A stretch of 64,000 nucleotides of DNA from Patescibacteria group bacterium (GCA_019454415.1 JACFOI010000003.1:14361-78360); one strand, 5' to 3'; counted from the stretch's first letter, positions 16,812 through 26,104 are shown. Notes: generated by a model from the letters alone, not told the origin. Numbers and translations are program-made.

Positions 16812-18707
16812 TCAGAGCTCAATCTCGTAGACGAGCGACCCGCTTAAGGCAAATGCTTTATGTTGCGGCTCGCTGGCGACAACAGCCGTCGCAGCGGCTA
16901 AATTTTCATTCTTGATCTCTTTGATAAACTGTCCTTCTTTATTCAACACGACCACTCTGCTTTTCTGCGGCTCGAGAACATATAAGTTCAACATTTCCGG
17001 TTTGGTAAAGAGAGTGATCGGAGAGCTAAACGGTTCTTTCATTCCGCTGACTGTAAAAGCAACTTCCCTGCCACTGGTCAACTTTTTAATCTCGCCGGTT
17101 TGCATACTCAGCCAAACGTCTCCGTCAATTGCGAAGGATTGAACCTGATTGAGATCGATTCCCTGACCCGCTTGGATCCAGGCAGTCGGTTTTCCGTCAA
17201 GTGAGTTGTCCGCGGTGTCATAACGGAAAATATTGTTCTGCTCCTTGCTCAAAACGTACAGATAGCGGTCGAACAGCCCCAACGTTTGACCAGTCTTGAT
17301 CGGATCATCAGGATTCTCTACCAGACTGGCTACGTCAGTGCCGCTCAGCGTAAATCGGAAGAGTCCTTCCCCTAGGAAGTACAAGAACTGGTCATCGGCT
17401 ACTAATGCTCGGATGTCCGGATACTCTCCGATTGGTAAGAGGGTTGGTTGTTTCCGTTCAATGTTGAGCGCCAAGATTTTCTTCTGGCCACTATCAAGGA
17501 AGAAAAGAGTGTCCAGCGTGGCATCAATGCGACTGGCAAGAAAGTTGGACTGAACTAACCGCAGGTCAAAGAAGATAGGCAAGTTCGGCAACTCTTCCTG
17601 GCCAGAAATACTCTGATAAAACTGACGGACCTCTTGAAGTTCTGCCAGAACGGCAGTCTGGAGGTACTGGGGTTGATTCTGCTTTTGCGACTCCGCCTCT
17701 AAGCTGGCGATTAACTGCTCAGCCCGTTGCCGGGCATCCACGGTGTTTTGCAACGAAAGCGTCCTGACCTCTTCAAACTGAATCTGAAATGGCTGCAGGG
17801 TTGCCTGGATCTGTTGCTGTTGTTGTTGCTGGCGATTCCGCCAAAAGACGAGAGCCCCCAGCAATAAAAGAATGACCGAAAAAAAGACGATCAAAACTTT
17901 GCCGAGTGAGCGACGCTGCTTTTGTCGAACATAGACATCTTTTGAGAAGAGCTGAGCGACCTCGTTTCTGATCAACAGTAGGGCCCCACCTATCCCCTTC
18001 AGGAGAGCTGTTACTTTGGAACCGCTGTTTGATGGCTGTATAACAACGCTCTCGCTGGCCGGGGTGGCCACTACTGGTTCGGCTGAGGCGTGAATATCTG
18101 CGGTCAATGCTTGATGGTCTTTTTCGGAGTCCACCACTGATAGCAGGGACACACCCGTCAATGCTTCGTCCGGAGCTCCGTCAAGCGCAGTACGTAGCTC
18201 AGCAGCATCGACAACACTCAGTACAGTTTCAGGCTGGGCTTTTAACAACTCACCCTGCACAACTTCTTGAAGTCCCTGTGCCGATCGAGTAAAGAGAACA
18301 TAGATATCATCAACTTGAATTTTTCCTTCGAGGAGCTGCAGCGTGCCTTCCGCACTCAGGATCTGTCCGAGCTTATCGCCGCGCTTTAGCCAGACACTGC
18401 CTTGATAGGCAGCAAGAACAACGTGCTCGTCAAAAGTGCAGACGCCTACCAGTGATAACTCAACTTCCATCCTTCCAGCAGTCGAGACGCATCGATCAAG
18501 AAGCTGGTGGAATTCAAGCGTATTGGTAGGCTGTTCGTGGGTGAGCTGTTCCTGGCAATAACTGAGAAAAGCTTCCCCGGCGGTCGGAGAGGAAATAGCG
18601 TACAGGACCACCAAGTCTTGAGTGGGATGGATAATGACACCGGAACGTTGGTGCGCATCTGCTCGGCCAACTAGTGAGCGTTGGGTGAGTCTCAACATCG
18701 AGGACAT
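16812..18707 (-). CDS. large single-pass membrane protein: cytoplasmic N-terminal domain (possibly degenerate PP2C-like), TM, poly-Gln tract, C-terminal beta-propeller-like repeats
   Basis: 631 aa. TM LGKVLIVFFSVILLLLGALVFW roughly residue 265. QQQQQQQ encoded at 17811-17831. Repeated YVL/FxxxG blade-like segments in C-terminal half. Confidence 0.55.
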   Translation of the reverse strand: MSSMLRLTQRSLVGRADAHQRSGVIIHPTQDLVVLYAISSPTAGEAFLSYCQEQLTHEQPTNTLEFHQLLDRCVSTAGRMEVELSLVGVCTFDEHVVLAAYQGSVWLKRGDKLGQILSAEGTLQLLEGKIQVDDIYVLFTRSAQGLQEVVQGELLKAQPETVLSVVDAAELRTALDGAPDEALTGVSLLSVVDSEKDHQALTADIHASAEPVVATPASESVVIQPSNSGSKVTALLKGIGGALLLIRNEVAQLFSKDVYVRQKQRRSLGKVLIVFFSVILLLLGALVFWRNRQQQQQQQIQATLQPFQIQFEEVRTLSLQNTVDARQRAEQLIASLEAESQKQNQPQYLQTAVLAELQEVRQFYQSISGQEELPNLPIFFDLRLVQSNFLASRIDATLDTLFFLDSGQKKILALNIERKQPTLLPIGEYPDIRALVADDQFLYFLGEGLFRFTLSGTDVASLVENPDDPIKTGQTLGLFDRYLYVLSKEQNNIFRYDTADNSLDGKPTAWIQAGQGIDLNQVQSFAIDGDVWLSMQTGEIKKLTSGREVAFTVSGMKEPFSSPITLFTKPEMLNLYVLEPQKSRVVVLNKEGQFIKEIKNENLAAATAVVASEPQHKAFALSGSLVYEIEL

Positions 18708-18714
18708 TGTAACA

Positions 18715-18951
18715 CTACATCAATGTCAGAAATGCAAATGCGAATGCAGCGATTGCCAACAATAAGTGCGCGAGACCAATCAGAAAGACGACACCGGAAA
18801 AGGGAGTGATGACTGTTTTACGCATCAGCTCGATCTGCCGGAGTGCGATGATGGCAAAGATGATGTAGAGGAAAAATCCCAAGTAGAACAGTATTCTGAC
18901 TCCGCCAAGGAGAATATCATTCAGGGAGCTGGGAGAGAGCGTCGGAAACAT
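18715..18951 (-). CDS. small 2-TM membrane protein
   Basis: 78 aa hydrophobic. Start ATG shares A with upstream gene stop (TAATG at 18949-18953). Confidence 0.4.
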   Translation of the reverse strand: MFPTLSPSSLNDILLGGVRILFYLGFFLYIIFAIIALRQIELMRKTVITPFSGVVFLIGLAHLLLAIAAFAFAFLTLM

Positions 18952-19763
18952 TAGATTGCCCTCCGATCAAGTTGTTCTTGCTCTTCTTCAATCATCATTT
19001 CGTTGAGGAAAGAAACGACTTTACTGGGGTGCGGAACATTTTCAAACTCAAACTCGGTGACCGTACCGGCCGTCTGGATACGAACGTTGCCATAGTCAAA
19101 GATCGAGCCAAGTGCACCAGCTGTCGTTGCCGAAACATCTTCAATGTTGTCAATCTTGGCATAGGAAACGTTCTTGAACAGCAAAGAGTTGAAGTCAACA
19201 TCGATGACTCTTTCGTCGGTAATGATGTAGACGTTGTAAAACCACGACAAGAAAACCTCAAGTGCATAACTGAGCACGATCAGGTACCAGCCGATGTTCG
19301 CTACAAACTGAAAGCGCGTAGGGAGAAAACTTAGCATGCCGATTGAGCTGACCAGAACAGGAACAAATAAAAGTCCCAGCACAATCAAGATATATTTCAC
19401 TTGGGTGACTACATGTTGGCGGAGCAATAAGATGACTTGCTCCTCAGAGTGCTGCGCCTCGAATGCGACATTGAACGGCTTGGCGGCAAAAGCGGCAAAA
19501 ACGTTGCGGGTGGGAGCTTCATGGCGCATCACATTTGAGTACTCGTCAACGTGTTTTGCGCGACGCTTTTCGTGAGTCATGCGGGGAGTGCTTTCTTCGG
19601 TATTCTCAGGAGCGTTTGAAGCATCAAGAACTTCTTCAGCTTCTTTGTGGAGACCAGGGGTACTCTCTTTTGGGGAGGAGGGTTTTCCAGTTTTCGATGA
19701 ATCGAAGATTTCCGGCATGGACAGATTATAACAGCCTCGATAAAAACTGGGACTAGCGCTCAA
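18951..19763 (-). CDS. bacterial PH-domain (bPH_2/DUF304-like) membrane protein
   Basis: Two TM helices followed by ITDERVIDVDFNSLLFKNVSYAKIDNIED typical of YdbS/YdbT-like PH domains. True start possibly at internal MPEIFD. Confidence 0.5.
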   Translation of the reverse strand: MSASPSFYRGCYNLSMPEIFDSSKTGKPSSPKESTPGLHKEAEEVLDASNAPENTEESTPRMTHEKRRAKHVDEYSNVMRHEAPTRNVFAAFAAKPFNVAFEAQHSEEQVILLLRQHVVTQVKYILIVLGLLFVPVLVSSIGMLSFLPTRFQFVANIGWYLIVLSYALEVFLSWFYNVYIITDERVIDVDFNSLLFKNVSYAKIDNIEDVSATTAGALGSIFDYGNVRIQTAGTVTEFEFENVPHPSKVVSFLNEMMIEEEQEQLDRRAI

Positions 19764-21522
19764 GCACAGCCATGAATGCTTCCTGGTTGAGCTGAACTTT
19801 CCCGATCTCCTTCATCCGTTTCTTGCCTTTGGCCTGTTTCTTGAGGAGCTTCTGACGACGGGTAACGTCTCCACCATACAGATGTGCCGTCACATCTTTG
19901 CGGTAGGCTTTGATCGTCTCTCGAGCAATGACCTTACCGCCGATGGCAGCCTGAATCGGAACCTCAAACTGTTGCCGGGGAACGACTTCTTTAAGGCGTT
20001 TGACGAGTGCTCGACCGATCTTCTCGGCATTTTCCCGAACCACGATCACTGACAAAGCATCGATCTGCTCGTGCTGGACAATAATGTTCAACTTCACTGC
20101 GTCCACCGGGACATAGCCGGTGACGTCATACTCCAACGAGGCAAACCCTGAGGAAACTGACTTTAAGTGGTCATGGAAGTGAACGATAATCTCCGCCAGT
20201 GGCAGCTCATACTCAATCCGAACCCGCGTCCCGACATCCTGCATGCTCAACAGCTTGCCACGGTGATCCTCAGCCAGCTGCATCACTGCTCCCAGGTAAC
20301 TCTTGGGTGTAAACAGAATCGCATGTGTCATCGGCTCTTTAATCTGACGAATGGTAGCAGGGTCTGGCATCTCGGCCGGGGTTTTGACCACCATCTCAGT
20401 TCCGTCCGTCCGCTCCACTTCATAGGTAACTGATGGTGAGGTGGCGATTAGCTCCAGATTGAACTCACGTTCCAGGCGTTCACGGACAATTTCGGCATGC
20501 AAGATACCCAGAAAACCAACTCGCAAACCGTTTCCCAGCGCGGGAGAGTGGGTCCCACTGAAACGCAGAGCTGCGTCATGGAGAGAGAGCTTCGCCATCG
20601 CATCTTGCAGCAAGACAAAGTCATCACCGTCAATTGGATAAAACTCCATATAGACCATCGGTAGTGGCTCTTTATAGCCCGGAAGCCGTGTCACATGATC
20701 TGCTGCGCTAGTAGTGGTAATTGTGTCTCCGACAGTCACCTGACTAACTTCTTTCAGGCCTGTACAGATGTACCCCACTTCCCCTGCTTCCAGACGGTCG
20801 GTCGGTGTCATATGAGGGGTGAAAACACCCAGCTCGATCGGCAAAAAGTTGGCCTTGGTGGCCATCAGCTGCAGCTTCTGTTTGTCCAGTACGCCATCAA
20901 TCACTCTGATATAGGCGATCACACCCTTGTGCTGGTCAAACTGGGAAGTGAAGACAAGAGCGCGTAGCGGCGCATCTTTCTTCCCTTGCGGTGGCCGGAT
21001 GTACTTGGTGACAGCCTCCATTAGTGCTTCCGTGTTCTGACCCGTCTTGGCAGAAACAGCCACGATCTTCTGTTCCTCGACGCCGAAAAGCTCCATCAGC
21101 TCCAGTTTGGCTGCGTCAACGTCGGCAGAGGGAAGGTCAATCTTGTTGATAACGGGGATAATATCGAGTCCGAGTTCTTTGGCTTTCTCGTAATTGGAGA
21201 GAGTCTGGGCTTGGACTCCCTGAGTTGCATCGACCACCAGCAGCGCTCCCTCACAAGCAGCCAGGGAACGACTCACTTCATATCCAAAGTCAACGTGTCC
21301 AGGGGTGTCGATCAGGTTTAGGATCGTACCGTGGTACTCCATCCGGACTGGGGCAAGTTTGATGGTGATTCCCCGTTCTTTCTCGATGGGATTACTGTCC
21401 ATCAAGCGCTCGGTAAACTCACGCTGAGAGACAGTGTGGGTGAGCTCCAACAAACGATCGGTTAACGTCGTTTTGCCGTGATCGATGTGCGCGATGATTG
21501 AAAAGTTTCTGATATCTGGCAG
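19753..21522 (-). CDS. lepA: translation elongation factor 4 (LepA)
   Basis: Full LepA similarity. Conserved G1 motif IRNFSIIAHIDHGKTTL lies upstream of the ORF-track start and in frame. Only 13 sense codons separate it from the rpsT stop, with no ATG/GTG/TTG, so a CTG at 21520-21522 (giving M-PDIRNFS) is the likely initiator. Confidence 0.85.
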   Translation of the reverse strand: MPDIRNFSIIAHIDHGKTTLTDRLLELTHTVSQREFTERLMDSNPIEKERGITIKLAPVRMEYHGTILNLIDTPGHVDFGYEVSRSLAACEGALLVVDATQGVQAQTLSNYEKAKELGLDIIPVINKIDLPSADVDAAKLELMELFGVEEQKIVAVSAKTGQNTEALMEAVTKYIRPPQGKKDAPLRALVFTSQFDQHKGVIAYIRVIDGVLDKQKLQLMATKANFLPIELGVFTPHMTPTDRLEAGEVGYICTGLKEVSQVTVGDTITTTSAADHVTRLPGYKEPLPMVYMEFYPIDGDDFVLLQDAMAKLSLHDAALRFSGTHSPALGNGLRVGFLGILHAEIVRERLEREFNLELIATSPSVTYEVERTDGTEMVVKTPAEMPDPATIRQIKEPMTHAILFTPKSYLGAVMQLAEDHRGKLLSMQDVGTRVRIEYELPLAEIIVHFHDHLKSVSSGFASLEYDVTGYVPVDAVKLNIIVQHEQIDALSVIVVRENAEKIGRALVKRLKEVVPRQQFEVPIQAAIGGKVIARETIKAYRKDVTAHLYGGDVTRRQKLLKKQAKGKKRMKEIGKVQLNQEAFMAVLER

Positions 21523-21537
21523 ATTCGTGAGAACAGC

Positions 21538-21858
21538 TTACTTCTTCGTAGTTTTTTTGGCCGTCTTCGCTTTGGCTGCTTTAGCTTTTGCCTTTGGGGC
21601 AGCTTTTGGGGCTGACTCGGCAGGGCTACTGGCTTTTTTGGCCAGTTGGCTCTTCATCCGAGCTGCTTTTTTGCGATGAATAATATGGCGTTTAACGGCT
21701 TTGTCGATGGCTGAGAAAGCGTTGCTAAGGTTTGATGGTTCAGCCTTTTTCTTAGCTGCATCAACAGCAGTTTTCAGGCGGGAACGAACCGGAGTATTCA
21801 CTTTGGCCTTGCGTTTGCTGACTTGTAAGGCTTTCTTAGCGTTTCGAAGAATTGGCAT
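21538..21858 (-). CDS. rpsT: 30S ribosomal protein S20 with Lys/Ala-rich C-terminal extension
   Basis: MPILRNAKKALQVSKRKAKVNTPVRSRLKTAV matches the S20 N-terminus. C-terminal roughly 35 aa KAAPKAKAKAAKAKTAKKTTKK (histone-H1-like). AAAGGA SD. Confidence 0.85.
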   Translation of the reverse strand: MPILRNAKKALQVSKRKAKVNTPVRSRLKTAVDAAKKKAEPSNLSNAFSAIDKAVKRHIIHRKKAARMKSQLAKKASSPAESAPKAAPKAKAKAAKAKTAKKTTKK

Positions 21859-21881
21859 GTTTTTCCTTTACTAGAGGCGTA

Positions 21882-21910
21882 ATTGTACTAAATTCTTCTC
21901 AAGAATACAA
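21882..21910 (-). promoter_or_regulatory. candidate sigma70-type promoter for rpsT-lepA
   Basis: On the - strand, TTGTAT (-35, 21905-21910), 17-nt spacer, TACAAT (-10, 21882-21887), roughly 25 nt upstream of rpsT ATG. Confidence 0.3.
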
Positions 21911-22018
21911 ACACTTCTTGGGAGGGGGTTATTGCCTATTCTGGACGCAGTAGTGGGTACCTGTGCCGGGAGTTCTAAAAATACATCTGAAAGAACCCGT
22001 AGTATTTCCTGTCCCAGT

Positions 22019-22468
22019 TTAACCTGCACAGTTGCCGTTCACTTTTTCGAGAGGCGCACTGACGCAAAATCGAGTCTGAGGATTTGCCCCATCTGCTCCG
22101 TAATAATTCTGTGACATTGAGCGAATCTGGTATACATAAGTGGTGTTATTAATTGGATCAACTGGTGTCATCCCAGAGGGGAAATAATTTCCTATAGCTA
22201 CCGTTGCCGAAGACAGGTTCCCAGCAGCATAGGGATATTCACCGTTTGTTGTATAGTACTGCTCCAGTGCTTTACTAGCTGCATCCACATCAGCTCTTCT
22301 TTTGGCATCTCGAGCGTTTTTCTGCGTGTTAGAAAACGCCACAATTCCAGCTGCCATGACTATTCCCATAATGGCTACTACTACCATCAGTTCAATCAGT
22401 GTAAATCCTAAAAGACGAAATGCGACGAGCGTACGCGACGAGGTGTGTTGCTCAACAGTCTTATCATA
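22019..22468 (-). CDS. type IV pilin-like protein (prepilin), start codon undetermined / possible frameshift
   Basis: Class III signal RLLG|FTLIELMVVVAIMGIV is encoded in frame upstream of the ORF-track ATG (22387). Coordinates are stop-to-stop. No ATG/GTG/TTG in frame upstream. An ATG-initiated short ORF MIRLLSNTPRRVRSSHFVF* sits in the +1 frame and would fuse if the A4 run at 22410-22413 were A5. Confidence 0.6.
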   Translation of the reverse strand, partial: YDKTVEQHTSSRTLVAFRLLGFTLIELMVVVAIMGIVMAAGIVAFSNTQKNARDAKRRADVDAASKALEQYYTTNGEYPYAAGNLSSATVAIGNYFPSGMTPVDPINNTTYVYQIRSMSQNYYGADGANPQTRFCVSAPLEKVNGNCAG

Positions 22469-22614
22469 TCATTCTTTAGATTGCTCTGTCAACCTTTTTT
22501 ATTAATAGACTCAAACGTTACCAAGTCAGAGAACTCTCTCTTTTTCAGTATAGCAAAAAGCGAAACGCATAGTTCCGCATCTACCGATTCAAAATTACGT
22601 TAAGATATAGCTGT

Positions 22615-24306
22615 ATGGTTTTCCGGCTTCCCAAAATCCTGAGTACTTATACCGAGTGGCTTGAGAGACAGCAGACCAGCATCCTTTCGGCTGCGGTCAT
22701 TATTACGGTGGCGAACATCGCCTCGGCAGTTTCCGGATTGGTCCGGCAGCGCCTGCTCATTTCTCACTTTTTTGACACGCTCTCTTCCCGACAAGCTTAC
22801 GAGGCCTTCCTGGTCGCTTTCCAGATTCCGGACATGATGTTCCAATTGATTGTCTTGGGTGCCGTTTCAGCTGCCTTCATTCCTATCCTGACCCTCTACA
22901 AAGATAACCACGAAGAAGAGCTACGTTACATGAACTCAATGATGAACAGTGTGCTCTTGATCTTTATTGTGGTAGGGATTGTGGTCTTTATCTTTGCTGA
23001 GCCACTGACCAAGTACCGGACCGGTGAGGCATTCACTCCTGAACAGCTAACGATTGCCGTTCATATGACCAGAATCATGGTCTTTGCCCAGTTTTTCTTT
23101 GCGATCTCTAACTTCTTCACCGGCATGCTCCAGTCATACAAACGCTTCATTGTTCCGGCCGTTGCCCCGATTTTGTACAACATCGGGATCTTGGCTGGTG
23201 CCTTTCTGTTATCGGCCCAGTTTGGGATCTACGCAGCCGGTATTGGCGTGGTGATCGGAGCTGCCCTCCACATGCTGGTCCAGCTTCCCCTTGCCTTCAA
23301 GTTGGGCTTTCGCTTCAAACCGATCATCGCTGTGCGTGATCCCGGAGTAGTTCGCACCTACAAGCTCACTCCTGCCCGTACAGCCAGCTTGGCGATCAAT
23401 CAGGTCCAGCAGTTATCTGATGGATTTTTTACGACGACGATTGGCAACCTCAGCTACTTGGTGATGAACTTGGCATCAGCGTTGATCACTATGCCGATTC
23501 GTTTTTTTGGCGTCCCGATCAGTCAGGCAGCCTTGCCGTTCTTATCCGAAGAGGCAACCGACAAGGATCTCTCCCGTTTCAAGGACCTTGTCCTTAAGTC
23601 GATCCATCAAATCTCATTTCTTGCCTATCCGGCTGCCGTGCTTTTACTGATCCTCCGCGTCCCCATTGTTCGTATCGTCTACGGAACACGCAACTTCCCT
23701 TGGGAAACGACCCTGATGACTGGGCGGGTGGTGGCCATTATTACGCTTTCAATTGCGGCTCAGGCTATTGTGCAGCTGCTGATCCGAGCCTTCTATGCAC
23801 TGAAAGATACCAAGACACCACTCTATATCACCATCATTACCGTCTTTTTCTATGTAGCCGGCTCGGCATTCTCAGTCTTTGTCCTGAAAGCTGGAGTTAT
23901 TGGCCTGGCGGTGGTACTAACTATCACTAACATCTTAGAAATGATCTTTTTCTTGTTCTATCTTGATAAAAAGGTCCGTGGTTTTGTGCGCAAGGAGTTC
24001 TGGATTCCACAGCTGAAGATGATCGTGACCAGCTTTTTGATGGCCGTGTTTCTGTATCTGCCGTTCCGCATTCTGGATGAGTTGGTCTTCGATACCAGCC
24101 GGACGATGGAGCTGATTCTGTTAACACTCAGCACGGGAACAATCGGTATGTTGGTGTATGTCTACTTTGCGCTGCTCCTCGACATCCGTGAGCTCTATAT
24201 CTTTACCAACTTGGTCAATAAGTTTGGCAACTGGCAAAAAACACTCTCCAAGAGCAGCGAAGTATTGGTGGAGTCACCCAATCTGACCGACGACGTTCAG
24301 CCGTAA
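22615..24306 (+). CDS. murJ: lipid II flippase MurJ (MviN)
   Basis: N-terminal SxxxxSxxTxxSRxLG-like region. AFQIPDMMFQL, GAVSAAFIPIL. Roughly 14 predicted TMs. 563 aa. Confidence 0.85.
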   Translation: MVFRLPKILSTYTEWLERQQTSILSAAVIITVANIASAVSGLVRQRLLISHFFDTLSSRQAYEAFLVAFQIPDMMFQLIVLGAVSAAFIPILTLYKDNHEEELRYMNSMMNSVLLIFIVVGIVVFIFAEPLTKYRTGEAFTPEQLTIAVHMTRIMVFAQFFFAISNFFTGMLQSYKRFIVPAVAPILYNIGILAGAFLLSAQFGIYAAGIGVVIGAALHMLVQLPLAFKLGFRFKPIIAVRDPGVVRTYKLTPARTASLAINQVQQLSDGFFTTTIGNLSYLVMNLASALITMPIRFFGVPISQAALPFLSEEATDKDLSRFKDLVLKSIHQISFLAYPAAVLLLILRVPIVRIVYGTRNFPWETTLMTGRVVAIITLSIAAQAIVQLLIRAFYALKDTKTPLYITIITVFFYVAGSAFSVFVLKAGVIGLAVVLTITNILEMIFFLFYLDKKVRGFVRKEFWIPQLKMIVTSFLMAVFLYLPFRILDELVFDTSRTMELILLTLSTGTIGMLVYVYFALLLDIRELYIFTNLVNKFGNWQKTLSKSSEVLVESPNLTDDVQP

Positions 24307-24370
24307 TTTTCTGCCTGACAACAATCCTATTCTTGGTCTCTAGTTGAACTGTGTGTACAATGGAAATCGA

Positions 24371-24940
24371 ATGAAGAAGCCTGCCAATATCAAGGTTAAT
24401 TTGCTGCCGAAGGATCCTTTCCTCAGTACACCTGTAGGGAAGCTGTTGCAGTGGGCCTTGAGCATTGGTCGGTATCTGGTGGTCTTTACTGAATTGGTAG
24501 TGATCATCAGCTTTGCCAGCCGTTTCACGATTGACCGGCAAATCACCGACTTGAACGTCGCCATTCTCCAGAAAGAAACAATTATCGATTCCTATGGCGA
24601 CCTCGAGCAGAACGTCCGCAACGTCCAGAAAAAGATCGAGACTTATCGACAGGTCGAACAACAGGAGAATGTAACTGATATTTTCCCGGTATTAACTGAA
24701 GTTACTCCTCCTGACGTGGTGCTGACAGATCTTCAGATGCGTCCAGGCCGCGTCACTTTGACCGGGATTACTCCTTCAAACGTTTCATTAGGAATTCTGA
24801 TCAATAACTTACAAGTATCCGGACGGTTTAGTGATATCTCGGTTGAACGTATTGGAACTGCCAAAGATACGAATAGCGGATTAGGCTTCAAGATCGAAGC
24901 AAACGTCAGGAAAGTAGCAACCACAAATGCCAACCAGTAG
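24371..24940 (+). CDS. pilN: type IV pilus assembly protein PilN-like
   Basis: N-terminal IKVNLLPKD (the INLLP signature), then a single TM, then a coiled-coil/ferredoxin-like periplasmic part. Confidence 0.65.
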   Translation: MKKPANIKVNLLPKDPFLSTPVGKLLQWALSIGRYLVVFTELVVIISFASRFTIDRQITDLNVAILQKETIIDSYGDLEQNVRNVQKKIETYRQVEQQENVTDIFPVLTEVTPPDVVLTDLQMRPGRVTLTGITPSNVSLGILINNLQVSGRFSDISVERIGTAKDTNSGLGFKIEANVRKVATTNANQ

Positions 24941-25595
24941 AAGTCGACAACTGACGACCATGCTCCTCCAGTTCTATGACCGGCCAATTGCCAAGGTTTC
25001 GCTGGAGCTGTTCTTCACCATCAGTGCGGTGATTATCTTTGCCGTGTTTGCGATCCGCCCGACTCTGCAAACCATGGGGACATTGATCAAAGAACTCGAA
25101 GACAAACGTGCCCTCAATCAGCGGCTCGCCCAGAAAGTCGCTGCGCTCTCTACTGCACAAACCCAGTATGAAGCAGTCAGAGAGAGGATCTCTCTGTTGG
25201 ATGAAGCCATTCCGCCGACCCCCCAGTTTGAGAAAGCCCTACTGATCATCGAAAAGTTGGCAAGTGAAAGCCAGCTGACCATCATTAACCTGCAAGCTAA
25301 GGAAGTCCCCAAAGAGCCTGATCCTGCAGAGGACGTTCCTTTTGAGCAAAAAGAACGAGCGACGCGATCGATCGTTCTGACTGTGACCGGTGACTATCCG
25401 ACCATTCGTCAGCTGATTGAAAATATTCAAGCTCAGCGGCGGGTATTGATCGTTGATACTGTGGTCTTCTCAGTCGTGGAACAACGGGGCAAGAAAGTTC
25501 TGCAAGCTGCCATCACTGTCAACGTACCGTTCTTCGCACCGGACTTAACTAAGCCGGCAGATCCGAGCCCGACACCTGATGACATAACACCATAA
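24927..25595 (+). CDS. PilO-like pilus assembly protein (TM + coiled coil)
   Basis: Cytoplasmic stub, a single TM (FFTISAVIIFAVFAI), a long coiled coil, and overlap with pilN end. Topology and size match PilO. Confidence 0.45.
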   Translation: MPTSRSRQLTTMLLQFYDRPIAKVSLELFFTISAVIIFAVFAIRPTLQTMGTLIKELEDKRALNQRLAQKVAALSTAQTQYEAVRERISLLDEAIPPTPQFEKALLIIEKLASESQLTIINLQAKEVPKEPDPAEDVPFEQKERATRSIVLTVTGDYPTIRQLIENIQAQRRVLIVDTVVFSVVEQRGKKVLQAAITVNVPFFAPDLTKPADPSPTPDDITP

Positions 25596-25597
25596 CT

Positions 25598-26104
25598 ATG
25601 AAATCACAGCTTTCGCAACTCCAGAAAAAACAGACACTCCTGAGGATTTTTATCTTTACGTTGGTGACGATCATCGTTTGGGTGGGTGTCACTCTGCTGC
25701 GCACTCAACAAGAAACTGGAATTCGGCCAGAGCTGAACAAAAAGGCAGAGGCACTCAACCCGAATGTGAGTGCCGAGACTCTAGATCAAATTGAACAGAA
25801 ACGAGCCTTCACTGATGCAGATTTGTCTGACTTTCCAATCTACTCGATCGTGACCCTCAAAACCGGTGAGCAGCAGTTGGTCGTGTTCTCAGCTTCTGAC
25901 AAAGCCCGTCGTGAAGTGACGCTGGAAAGCGGCACTCAGCCGCCAACCTCTTCCGTCCCACCGACTACTCTGGAAACGACTGATCAAGGTCCAACAGGCC
26001 CGGTCGAAAGCACTGTGACAGTCGAGAACTCTTCAAGCGTGGCTCCAGGGGCTCAACCGGTTTCTCCACCAACGGAGTCAGTGCCTCCAGCAACCGTACC
26101 GTAA
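25598..26104 (+). CDS. small anchored protein with Ser/Thr/Pro-rich C-terminus (possible PilP-like)
   Basis: N-terminal TM. C-terminal PPTSSVPPTTLETTDQGPTGP... low complexity. Confidence 0.35.
   Translation: MKSQLSQLQKKQTLLRIFIFTLVTIIVWVGVTLLRTQQETGIRPELNKKAEALNPNVSAETLDQIEQKRAFTDADLSDFPIYSIVTLKTGEQQLVVFSASDKARREVTLESGTQPPTSSVPPTTLETTDQGPTGPVESTVTVENSSSVAPGAQPVSPPTESVPPATVP

Noticed and set aside
21538-21540. S20-LepA in-frame fusion by stop-codon readthrough or TAA recoding
   Set aside because: S20 and LepA are universally separate proteins. All other long conserved genes terminate normally with the standard code. Non-canonical initiation is the simpler explanation.
21932-22114. 60-aa + strand ORF in the rpsT-pilin intergenic region
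   Set aside because: Overlaps the pilin 3' end and the predicted rpsT promoter. Cys/Ser-rich random-looking sequence with no RBS.
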